Assembly (NCBI GenBank): GCA_024626585.2
Contig: JANKJI020000002.1
Span: forward strand, 195,711,839-195,731,277
Direction of reading: 5' to 3'
DNA length: 19,439 nt
Source of the DNA: Ginkgo biloba
Lineage: Eukaryota > Plantae > Ginkgophyta
The notes under the pieces were generated by a model, which searched no databases, was not told the DNA's origin, and saw only the letters and a list, made by a program, of their open reading frames with translations. Within the stretch, counting starts at the first letter, position 1. Every line of letters begins with the position of its first letter. Of the stretch, positions 1 through 9,388 are shown one piece after another. The position numbers and the translations under genes are program-made.

Positions 1-2
1 AT

Positions 3-1600
3 GGTAAGGATATATACACATTACTTCAAGTGATGAAGCATTAGAGGCACTACCTTCTTGATAAGGAGACCATTATGCACTTTGATCATAAGCCACTTCA
101 ATATTTGCATACTCAATACAAGCCACCTCAATTGGGTTACATATTTGTAGTTGTCTAACATTGTCATCATGTATAAAAAATGTACTAAAAATTGTTAATT
201 TTCTCTCTAGACCTTCTATTTCTTCTTTAAATTTTTTTATCAAATTTAATCATTTTGACTTTGATGCATTTAAAGCGTTGTATAAGAATGACAGAGATTT
301 TAAAGATGCCATGTAGCAACCAGCTATGTTATAGGAGGAGGAGCTGAGATATTACCATGTACAAGTTAAGATTTTGTACAAGATAAGTGCAATTCATGTG
401 CCATACGGAGTGCACAAAACTTAGTTAATCAAAGAAGCACACCATTGTAAGGTGGTTGGGTACTTAGGAGTGCAAGAGACTCTATGTAGTTTGTAGATAT
501 ATTTTTATTAGCCCAAGATGGCCCAAGATGTTGCAAGATTCAGTAAGACATGCACATCATGTTGCATTTCTAAGCCAGCAAATAGGAAGGTAGGGAAATA
601 CATGCCTTTACCTGCACCAACCCGACCATGAGAGTCCATTTCCATTGATTTTCTTGGTCAATTGCCAACCACCCAAAAGGGAAATGACTACTTGTTAGTG
701 GTAGCGGATAGGATCATTAAGATGGTTGTCCTAGTTCTTTATTAGAAGACAATCATAGGGTAGAAAGTGAAAAAAATGTTCTTTGAGCATGTGTGGGTGC
801 ACTTTGGGTTGTCCACCTTCATCATCTTAGATAGAGATAGTAGATTTCTCATCCATTTTTGGCAGAACCTATGGAGAGTTAATGATAGAAGGTTGAAGAG
901 GAGTACAACTTCATGCATAGATTAATGGTCAATTTCAATTTCTCAATANNNNNNNNNNNNNNNNNNNNNNNNNNNNNNNNNNNNNNNNCATGGATTGAAA
1001 GTATCCCATATATCTAGCATAGCCAAAATAGAGTAGTTCATGACTCAACTCAAGTTTCCCTTTTGAAGCTTGCTTATGATTCTTGCGTAAGGATCCCATG
1101 GCCATAAGTAGCACCATATGAGAAACACCTAAAGAAAGGTTTCCCATTAGCAAGTAGTAAAGTTTGTTGAACACATTATGTAATTACAAACATAGGTGCA
1201 AGAGGCATTTTTGAAAAGTTTGTAGAAATATAAAGTCGAGCATGACAAGCACAAATGTGATCACCAATTTCAAGTGGGAAAGAGAGAATTATTGCACTTG
1301 CCCAAGTAAAGATTTGAAGGCAAAAGCATGAAGATGATGCCAATTAGATATGGGTTGTTTGTCATCTTAAAGAAGATAGGAGATGATGCCTTCAAGCTCG
1401 ATATGGATTTGCCCAATTTTCAACGTTGATAGTTTGAAGCTCTTTGAACCCTCCATGCTAGATGGAGAAGAAGTTGAAGATGAGTTCTTGACACCTCCAC
1501 TTGAAGAGCGAAGTCCGTATGAGTATAAACCATTGGAAGAAGATGAAACACTATAAAGAAAACATAGGGCATCTAGGCAAGTGTAACAATACTACCTTCA
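3..1600 (+). mobile_element. Degenerate Ty3/gypsy pol fragment: RNase H C-half, integrase (zinc finger, core, GPY/F region)
   Basis: Manual translation across stops and frameshifts gives MKH*RHYLLDKETIMHFDHKPLQYL (RNase H), then LIKEAHH..GYLGV..FY*PKMAQDVARFSKTCTSC (HHCC finger). It continues with PLPAPTRP*ESISIDFLGQLP..DYLLVVADR..HFGLSTFIILDRDSRF (core), VSPFEAC and FQVG..IRYGLFVILKKIGDDAFKL..FNVDSLKLFEPSML. RH-before-IN order is Ty3/gypsy. Confidence 0.92.
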
Positions 1601-2100
1601 AAAGTTGCATCGAGGAACAACTTAGATCTATAAATAATGCATAATTATGAAAATATTTGCAAGGCAACTTACATATTTACATCAAATGTTGGTTTTAGTC
1701 ATAAAAATACAGTAATAAATGTTCTCATACATCATAGGTATTTAATTATGCTAATTTATGGTAGCAGAATGTAAACTATAGTAAAATAATAGGCTTTAGA
1801 AAGAAAATCATTATGACTAATGTCGACTTCTAGTGATTGCCCTAATCATGTATTATTGGCCATGGGGAGTGCCTAAAAGGGGTTACTATGTTGGCAACCA
1901 AACCTTACATAGTGGAACATGCATATCGTTGGCTATGAATGATCTATTAAACTCTATTCCTTGTGCCAACATTAGTAAGGGTGTTAGGCATAGGTCTGTG
2001 TTGACCTCTTTGCCAACACCAGGATAATCCTAGTCTCTAGGATTTCTATCTCTAATGGTTGTTTATTTATTTCTATTAACTTTTGATATGGTCACCAAAC
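1582..2100. repeat. LTR-like dispersed repeat A, copy 1
   Basis: Shares the colinear blocks TAATTTATGGTAG (1752), TTGGCCATGGGGA (1856) and GCAACCAAACCT (1894) with 5425-5764; TGTAA at 1582. Boundaries are approximate. Confidence 0.55.
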
Positions 2101-2105
2101 ATTAT

Positions 2106-2762
2106 TGTTGCACCAAAAATCCATAGAATTGGTAATGAGGATAAAACCCTAAGCACCAACTCAACATTCACTGGGTTCTAATGATGCACTTCCAATTAGC
2201 CCACGATAAATGCATGCTTAAGATAAAAGAATATTCCAATAGAGGCTCCTTTAGTCAAGCATACTAATGCCCCTATANNNNNNNNNNNNNNNNNNNNNNN
2301 NNNNNNNNNNNNNNNNNNNNNNNNNNNNNNNNNNNNNNNNNNNNNNNNNNNNNNNNNNNNNNNNNNNNNNNNNNNNNNNNNNNNNNAATTATCTGACATC
2401 ATAAAAGAAATAAATACACATGAATGCAACATTTAAACTCCCTAGATGAAGTCATCCTACTCCGTATGAGTTACTTTCCTATTTTTAACATTTTCAAGAA
2501 TTCACACTAATTGATCTGAATAAATTACAAATTTCAAGCTCATATTGTTTGTGATAATTTATGGAGATAGCAATAAACAATTTACTATAATTTATTTGAA
2601 ATATATAGAAAAACCTTGGGTTCATAATACTTACAAATTTATAGACTTACCTTTATGAAATGTCTCGTTGAAGATGCAAAAAGATTTTGGAAGCGAAAGC
2701 ATCTCACTTCCACTACCCAAAATGAAGTACCTTGTTTAGAAACCCTAACTTGGGTTCTTACA
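2106..2762. repeat. Possible decayed LTR (solo-LTR-like)
   Basis: Non-coding stretch that starts TGTTGCACC (2106) and ends GGGTTCTTACA (2762), resembling gypsy TG...CA termini. The flanks ATTAT/GTGCT do not match as a TSD. Confidence 0.25.
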
Positions 2763-2769
2763 GTGCTTA

Positions 2770-3012
2770 GAAATGTTACACTCAGGGTCTTTTATAACTT
2801 TCAATTGTCAACTCTTGAAGGTTTAGAAATTTTCATCAACATGCAGAAATTATGCAGCAAGGTATAGCAATCCACAATGTAGCCAAAATTTTGTCCAGAA
2901 TTAAGGGTGCCTTAGCTGGATGATCATAATGATGCAAAGAGAATTGCTAACCTAGGAGAAGTTGCCTAATGCACTTGTTTGAATTATGGGTGATCGAGTT
3001 GTCCCTAGGAAT
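2770..3012 (+). pseudogene. Possible gag zinc-knuckle / gag-protease linker remnant
   Basis: The fragments KCYTQG..FNCQLLK and AIHNVAKILSRIKGAL loosely resemble a gypsy knuckle and pre-protease linker. Very decayed. Confidence 0.25.
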
Positions 3013-3854
3013 NNNNNNNNNNNNNNNNNNNNNNNNNNNNNNNNNNNNNNNNNNNNNNNNNNNNNNNNNNNNNNNNNNNNNNNNNNNNNNNNNNNNNNNN
3101 NNNNNNNNNNNNNNNNNNNNNNNNNNNNNNNNNNNNNNNNNNNNNNNNNNNNNNNNNNNNNNNNNNNNNNNNNNNNNNNNNNNNNNNNNNNNNNNNNNNN
3201 NNNNNNNNNNNNNNNNNNNNNNNNNNNNNNNNNNNNNNNNNNNNNNNNNNNNNNNNNNNNNNNNNNNNNNNNNNNNNNNNNNNNNNNNNNNNNNNNNNNN
3301 NNNNNNNNNNNNNNNNNNNNNNNNNNNNNNNNNNNNNNNNNNNNNNNNNNNNNNNNNNNNNNNNNNNNNNNNNNNNNNNNNNNNNNNNNNNNNNNNNNNN
3401 NNNNNNNNNNNNNNNNNNNNNNNNNNNNNNNNNNNNNNNNNNNNNNNNNNNNNNNNNNNNNNNNNNNNNNNNNNNNNNNNNNNNNNNNNNNNNNNNNNNN
3501 NNNNNNNNNNNNNNNNNNNNNNNNNNNNNNNNNNNNNNNNNNNNNNNNNNNNNNNNNNNNNNNNNNNNNNNNNNNNNNNNNNNNNNNNNNNNNNNNNNNN
3601 NNNNNNNNNNNNNNNNNNNNNNNNNNNNNNNNNNNNNNNNNNNNNNNNNNNNNNNNNNNNNNNNNNNNNNNNNNNNNNNNNNNNNNNNNNNNNNNNNNNN
3701 NNNNNNNNNNNNNNNNNNNNNNNNNNNNNNNNNNNNNNNNNNNNNNNNNNNNNNNNNNNNNNNNNNNNNNNNNNNNNNNNNNNNNNNNNNNNNNNNNNNN
3801 NNNNNNNNNNNNNNNNNNNNNNNNNNNNNNNNNNNNNNNNNNNNNNNNNNNNNN

Positions 3855-4180
3855 GAACCAGGGACGCACTCCTGTCCTTCTGTGGTGCTAGATAAAACGT
3901 CATTGTTTTATTGGAGGCACCTAAAGCTAAATTAACTCTAGGGCTCTTCTCCTTCTCTTTTTCTCTCTCCTAATCATCTTCTACAGTGAATTAACCGATA
4001 ACTCCAATACACAAGTAAATTAATTGTAGGGCCCTTCTCCTTTCCTTTTTTTCTCTCCTAATCATCTTCTCTAGTGAATTAACCAATAACTCTAATACAT
4101 AAGTGTTGGCTTCACTATTTAACTTATCTTCTTTCACTGATTTCAAGATAAGTCTCACTTGGCTTTTCTAGGCTATAACA
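3855..4180 (-). repeat. 3' LTR (U3 portion) of the chromovirus element; runs into the N gap
   Basis: On the minus strand TGTTATAGCC begins at 4180, directly after a purine tract and the end of the chromodomain frame. Confidence 0.75.
3928..4103. repeat. Tandem duplication, 2 x 88 bp
   Basis: 3928-4015 and 4016-4103 both read TAAATTAA..TAGGGC.CTTCTCCTT...CCTAATCATCTTCT..AGTGAATTAACC.ATAACTC.AATACA.AAG with scattered substitutions. Confidence 0.93.
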
Positions 4181-4194
4181 TCTCTCCTTGCCCT
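4181..4194 (-). promoter_or_regulatory. Polypurine tract (PPT)
   Basis: Minus strand AGGGCAAGGAGAGA is immediately followed by TGTTATA, the canonical PPT position. Confidence 0.75.
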
Positions 4195-5410
4195 ACATAT
4201 ATCATTATCCTCAATGATATCAACTTCTCTCACAAAAGCTGCTAATTCCCAGGTAGCTTCTTCAATGGGCTTATTTGATCATTCCACTAGATATTTTATA
4301 ATATACAGGTTCCTCAATCGTCTTGTTCTTTCATCCAAAATAGCTATTGGATCATTCACCTCTTGCTCAACCTCTTGTACATTAACAGAAGCTAGCAATA
4401 AGTTATCATATCTTGAAAATGCTTTCTTCAAGAAACTAACTTGAAATCCAGGGTACATTTTCACGAGTTGGCAATTGCAATTTGTAGACTGCTTTATTAA
4501 TACTTTCCCAAAGATGGAATAGTCCACAATATTGAGTTTGAGAGGTTAACACAATGTCCTACAGACAAGGAACTATTTGGTTTCACTCTAAGATGCACCT
4601 TATCTCCCACCTCAAATGTCCTTGGTGATCTATGTTGATAATCATACAACTTAGTACATGACTGTGCTCTTTCAATATTCTCTCAGCATTCCCTTGGCTC
4701 TTCTTGCATTTGCTTAAACATCTAGCTTGTGCCTTCCCTTAAAATTTTTCAAGCTGACTTCTAATGGAATCAAAGTATCATATTGATACATAGTTTTGAA
4801 AGGTGTCATACTTGTGACCGAATGTTTACTATTCTTATATGCAAATTCTATGAATAGAAGCTTCTCTTCCCATCTAGTCTCTTTAGTTGCTACATGTGAT
4901 CTCAACATGCCCTCCATTATTTGATTAACCCTCTAGGTTTGACCATTCGTTTGCCAATGATCAACACTACTAAAGTCTAACTTGGTGTCCAAATCATGAA
5001 AGAACTTTGTCCATACATAATTGGTCAATTTAGTATCTTGATCACTTATAACACCCTTTTGGTAGTTCATACTTAGTGAAGACTTCCATTGTCAAAATCT
5101 TTGTTATATCTTCCCCTTCATGAGTAATCCTACAAGGGTTAAGTCTTGCCATCTTTGTAACTTGATCTGGCACCACTAATATCTGACAAGTTGTCGCTGT
5201 GTCCTTGGTAGGATGTCACAAAGTCCATGGAAATGTTCTCTCAATTGCCTTCAAGAATAGGCAATGGCATCAATAAACTTGCACGATGACCTCTCTTTGC
5301 CTTATTTACTTGACATTATTCATATGCCTTTACATAATCAACTATCACTTTTTTCATGTTCTTCTAGTACACATACCTCTTGGCTAACAAAAAGACTATC
5401 ATAAACTCAT
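4195..5410 (-). mobile_element. Degenerate chromovirus (Ty3/gypsy) integrase with C-terminal chromodomain
   Basis: Translation gives CQVNKA..LLMPLPILEGN*ENISMDFVT and MEGMLRSHV..RWEEKLLFIEFAYKNSKHSVTSMTPF (ORF 4714-4917). It ends with FQVSFLKK..PIAILDERTRRLRNLYIIKYLVE*SNKPIEEATWE (chromodomain YLVxW..EATWE; ORF 4279-4527 read through one stop). Confidence 0.93.
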
Positions 5411-5424
5411 ACATAATTTTATAG

Positions 5425-5764
5425 TGTAATAGTCCAACCTTAGTCCAACATGCAAAAGAAGGTGATTAGACTAGAAAATGTATTTAGAAATATATAAGAG
5501 AGTGAAGCAACTCTACTAATGTATTTAGAAATTCAAAACAACCATGGAAAAATGTAGTGAATGCTCACATATAACATATATTTAAACTTATTAATTTATG
5601 GTAGTTGGTAGAATCTAAAATTTTCAAGTTAGCAATAAAATGACTATTAGACTAGAATCAACTTGCAACAAGGACTCTAATTGCCTTTTGTTGGCCATGG
5701 GGACTACATATGGGGTTTGAATAATGTATGCAACCAAACCTCCAATGCATAAATGCAATTGTCA
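5425..5764. repeat. LTR-like dispersed repeat A, copy 2, truncating the integrase
   Basis: Begins TGTAATAG at 5425, about where integrase similarity stops. Shared blocks at 5592, 5691 and 5730 match copy 1. Internal short repeats TAGTCCAAC x2 and TGTATTTAGAAAT x2. Confidence 0.6.
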
Positions 5765-5864
5765 NNNNNNNNNNNNNNNNNNNNNNNNNNNNNNNNNNNN
5801 NNNNNNNNNNNNNNNNNNNNNNNNNNNNNNNNNNNNNNNNNNNNNNNNNNNNNNNNNNNNNNNN

Positions 5865-6869
5865 ATGGGAACTTTGGCGACAAACTCCTCCCATGATTGG
5901 TTCTCCTTCCCATCATTTAACTCCCCCTCATAAGCATGAGGGGGTTCCTCAGTTCTCAAATTTTCTTTCTCGGCAAATTCTTCATATATTGAATTATGAG
6001 TGCAGTTGCCATCAACCAAAATAGTGGATTCACACCCATTAATATTACCTTTTATAACAAATAATTCAATGCCATGGAAGATATTTCTCGAATGGCCTTA
6101 AACATAATCTTTGAGGAAGTGTCTTCTTGCACTGCTTCTCCTTACACATCACTACAACTGCTTTCCTTTCCTTCTTGACGTGATTACTTCATCGGAGGCA
6201 GGAAGATGATCGCTTGTAGTGGTCTCCTCCACATTCAACACACTTAACTGGTGACTTCTCTCTCCCTTGGGTTTAGACGTTTGTTTGCCCCAACTTCATC
6301 TCTTTTCCCTTATCCTAAAATGAATACTTGGAGAAAAACTTTTTCTAGCCAAAGGGATTTTTCCCCAAGTTGAAAAACGACTTCTTGGACAAAGAAGGCC
6401 CCCTTCACTAGAATGGCTTCTAACTAATTAAATTAGGCAATGTCAATTTGCAAAGCACTATTCACTACTTCCTCCATGATCTAGGGTATTGGCATTGCAA
6501 TACTCTGTTCAAATTTGAGTCTTTAATCCATGAAGGAAATGATACACCCTAAACATCATAAGTAGATTTGATAGTTGGGCAAATAAGTTATCCAACTTAT
6601 TGCTATACTCTTGCACTATACCTGTTTGTTTCAAAAGAAGCATTTGATTGTAAGCTTCTTGTATTTGATTTTGTGGTGCATACTTTTTCAACATTATCTT
6701 CATCTTAGATCATGTAGTAATCCACTGTCTTGTGCCATCCTCAATTTATGTCTACACACCATTCCACCATTCCTTGGCAAGTCATTCCTGAGCAAAAGTA
6801 ACCATAGTTACCTTATTTTCTTCCAATATGTTAAAGGAGGAAAAGAACCTCTCCATAGCTCTCACTCAA
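5865..6869 (-). mobile_element. Degenerate Ty3/gypsy gag, zinc knuckle and aspartic protease
   Basis: MERFFSSF..LAKEWWNG..MLKKYAPQNQIQEAYNQMLLLKQTGIVQEYSNKL..FLHGLK is retrotransposon gag. KCVECGGDHYKR near 6245-6210 is a knuckle. LVDGNCTHNSIYEEFAEK is a decayed retropepsin motif (cf. LVDSGxTHNFI). Confidence 0.9.
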
Positions 6870-6969
6870 NNNNNNNNNNNNNNNNNNNNNNNNNNNNNNN
6901 NNNNNNNNNNNNNNNNNNNNNNNNNNNNNNNNNNNNNNNNNNNNNNNNNNNNNNNNNNNNNNNNNNNNN

Positions 6970-7580
6970 TCTGAAATCAAGCTTTGGAAGAATAGATTTC
7001 ACTTTGCACGCTACGATTCTAGAGATTATTTTGTAACAAGTATTGCAAAGGGACATGTGTCTTAAACGATCATGTGAGATAACGTTGTTACCTTTTGGAA
7101 TGGTGAAAAAGATAGAGTTAATCACACACAACACTTTACCTTATGTCTTTGATTCCTCCACCATTCCTCAAGCCACTTGATAAAAATTGGACTTAAAAAC
7201 ATTTGGACTAGGAACTTTGTCTACTTTCATGTCCATAACTGTCTAGGGCAATTCCTTCATTGTAACCTCTTGAAACAACATGAGACTTTGATCCTCTTTC
7301 ACCAAAGTCAGGATTGCCCTCAACAGTTCCTCTTGAGCCTGAGATCTATGTCCATGCTTAGCTTGTAATAAGGCACTAATGAAGGAGATAACTTCTCGCT
7401 TAATATCTTCCTGAAAAACACCATGCTCCCACCTTCCTTTGCTATCTTCCTTATGGAATTATCATTCCTTCTTGCTAAAGTGGCCTTGTGAAAAAAATTG
7501 GTATTTTTTTTCCCTTGCGTTAGGCATAGCATCCTTGATTTTAAAATCCATTGCTCTTCCTCATAATCTAATAGCTTCTC
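6970..7580 (-). mobile_element. Degenerate L1-type LINE ORF2 fragment (pre-RT linker and RT N-terminus)
   Basis: EEEQWILKSRMLCLTQGKKNTNFFHKATLARR matches WxQKSRxxWLxxGDxNTxFFH. INSIFFTIPK..RLRHMSLCNTCYKIISRIVACKVKSILPKL matches LIPK..FRPISLCNxxYKIISKxLAxRLKxxL. Confidence 0.92.
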
Positions 7581-8539
7581 NNNNNNNNNNNNNNNNNNNN
7601 NNNNNNNNNNNNNNNNNNNNNNNNNNNNNNNNNNNNNNNNNNNNNAGGTCATCCAGTAATTCCAGAGAGATGTAAATGGTGGTTTGGTGCTCTCACCAAT
7701 AAGGCCACATTTCAAGGTCTTCGTGAAACCCAACGACAATCACTATTAGATTCTTTAGAAGTAATCATATGCCAAAAGAAGTAAATAACACACAAACATG
7801 CATAATGAAAAAGACTAGAATTGATTCATGAGATAACATAGAGAATTGAATTGAATANNNNNNNNNNNNNNNNNNNNNNNNNNNNNNNNNNNNNNNNNNN
7901 NNNNNNNNNNNNNNNNNNNNNNNNNNNNNATTGCCAAAGTTATTGCGACCGATTACTACCAAAGTTGTTGTGAATGACCACAACAAAAGTGGTTACGATT
8001 AATCGTTGCAAAAGTTGTTACAACTAATTACTAGTAATCTCATTCCTCAGCATACATCTCACTAGCCACAACCTTTGAACGTCCTTGTTCAATACAAAGT
8101 TTTTAAATCTTCTTGATTAGGCCACCTCTTTTAAAAATTTCACTTGTTTTTTCATTTCTTAGAGGGGTCGGGTGTTTCTAGAGGAAGCATAATGCTGTAT
8201 TGTTGTAGTTGTTCAATCAACTTTTATTTTTTTTATTTTCTGTAGTGATAGAGAAAAAAGTGTATTTACATTAGCACCTCAAGCAGATCGATATAAAGCC
8301 AAAAGTTCTCAAAATTGCCCAACCCAGGCTATGTAAACATCTTTTCTGTAAATAGAAAAATCTTTAACTTCAGCATTTGAAAGATCTTCAATTCCTAGTT
8401 CAACTTGAAAATTCGGAGGTATCTCTTGAGAGGTACTTGGGTCACCCCTCTTGGCGGGGACACTTGCCAACTTGAAGATGAAACTTGAGTTGAATTCTTA
8501 CCATTAGAACCTGCAACATCATCTTTGGGTCTGTTAACT

Positions 8540-8713
8540 ATTTGTTCTGATCTTTGTTTGCTAAGTCTTCACGTTCCTCTATCTATAAATCTTCTTCCTT
8601 CTCTCTATCTTATTTGGGCTACTTCAGCACTACTAAATATGTCCCACAACTCCTCTGACGTTCCAAGAAGTTAACTTCATTTTTTATTAGCTTTCGAAGT
8701 CTTACTGCTAGTT
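8540..8713 (-). pseudogene. Possible LINE ORF1 end / ORF2 endonuclease start
   Basis: ATG at 8680 gives MKLTSWNVRG (cf. L1 APE start MKIISWNVRG). Later in the same frame are SSPNK and T*QTK (cf. LQETK). Similarity is lost after that. Confidence 0.45.
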
Positions 8714-9102
8714 NNNNNNNNNNNNNNNNNNNNNNNNNNNNNNNNNNNNNNNNNNNNNNNNNNNNNNNNNNNNNNNNNNNNNNNNNNNNNNNNNNNNNNN
8801 NNNNNNNNNNNNNAGTGCATAGGTGTAGTAGCTCCGATATCACAACGCACTCCATTCAGTACAAAGCTCTATTGCCATTGTTTTCAATCCATTTATGCAT
8901 TACGATTTCGTCTGTGCCCTTGGATGCCATTATATATTTTTGGCCAGGGAAACATTCTCCATGTTTTCTAGCCTTTTAGACATTTTGCCAACTGAGGAAT
9001 TTGTTTTGGATTTTATATTTTACGAAGGGTTGTTGGTTACCTAGATAATTTTCTGAGTGATAGAGACATTCAATGAGTTGAATTTGACATTCTCCGATGA
9101 TT

Positions 9103-9380
9103 GTCTATGGTCTGATAAAAGTGCATTTTATCATTGTTAAAGTGCTGTGTTTCATTCTTAGTTCTTATGGGGAAGCTTATTTGTGGAATGTGAGAAAGGT
9201 TTCATTGTGCATTCACTAAGAAACATTTTGAAACTGGAGTAGCCTAAGATGAACAAATTATAGTGTTTATGTGATATTTGTGGCGAGTCTGTTGGTCTGA
9301 TAAAAGTGAACTTTAATATCACAAGGATGCCCAGGCTGCATACTTAGAACTTATGGTGAATATTACTGATTGAATGTGGC
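9103..9380. repeat. Diverged direct repeat, period ~185 bp
   Basis: TGGTCTGATAAAAGTG is exact at 9108 and 9293. CATTCTTAGTTCTTATGGGGAA (9153) aligns with CATACTTAGAACTTATGGTGAA (9339). GAATGTG follows in both copies. Confidence 0.8.
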
Positions 9381-9388
9381 TAAAAAGA

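Noticed and set aside
511-530. Perfect 10 bp tandem GCCCAAGATG x2
   Set aside because: It reads in frame as the canonical integrase (W)PKMAQDV, so it is coincidental.
2947-3903. Long ~300 aa ORFs in the ORF track (also 15499-16017 and other X-rich ORFs)
   Set aside because: They are artefacts of reading through N-runs.
3855-6869. A single RT/RH-less element (gag-PR joined to IN-chromodomain-LTR)
   Set aside because: The halves are separated by an unrelated repeat and a 100-N unknown-size gap, so the missing RT may simply be unassembled.
6611-7036. Plus-strand ORFs 6611-7036, 10676-11092, 4214-4444 and 15163-15369 as genes
   Set aside because: They are antisense shadows of minus-strand TE remnants and carry no motifs.
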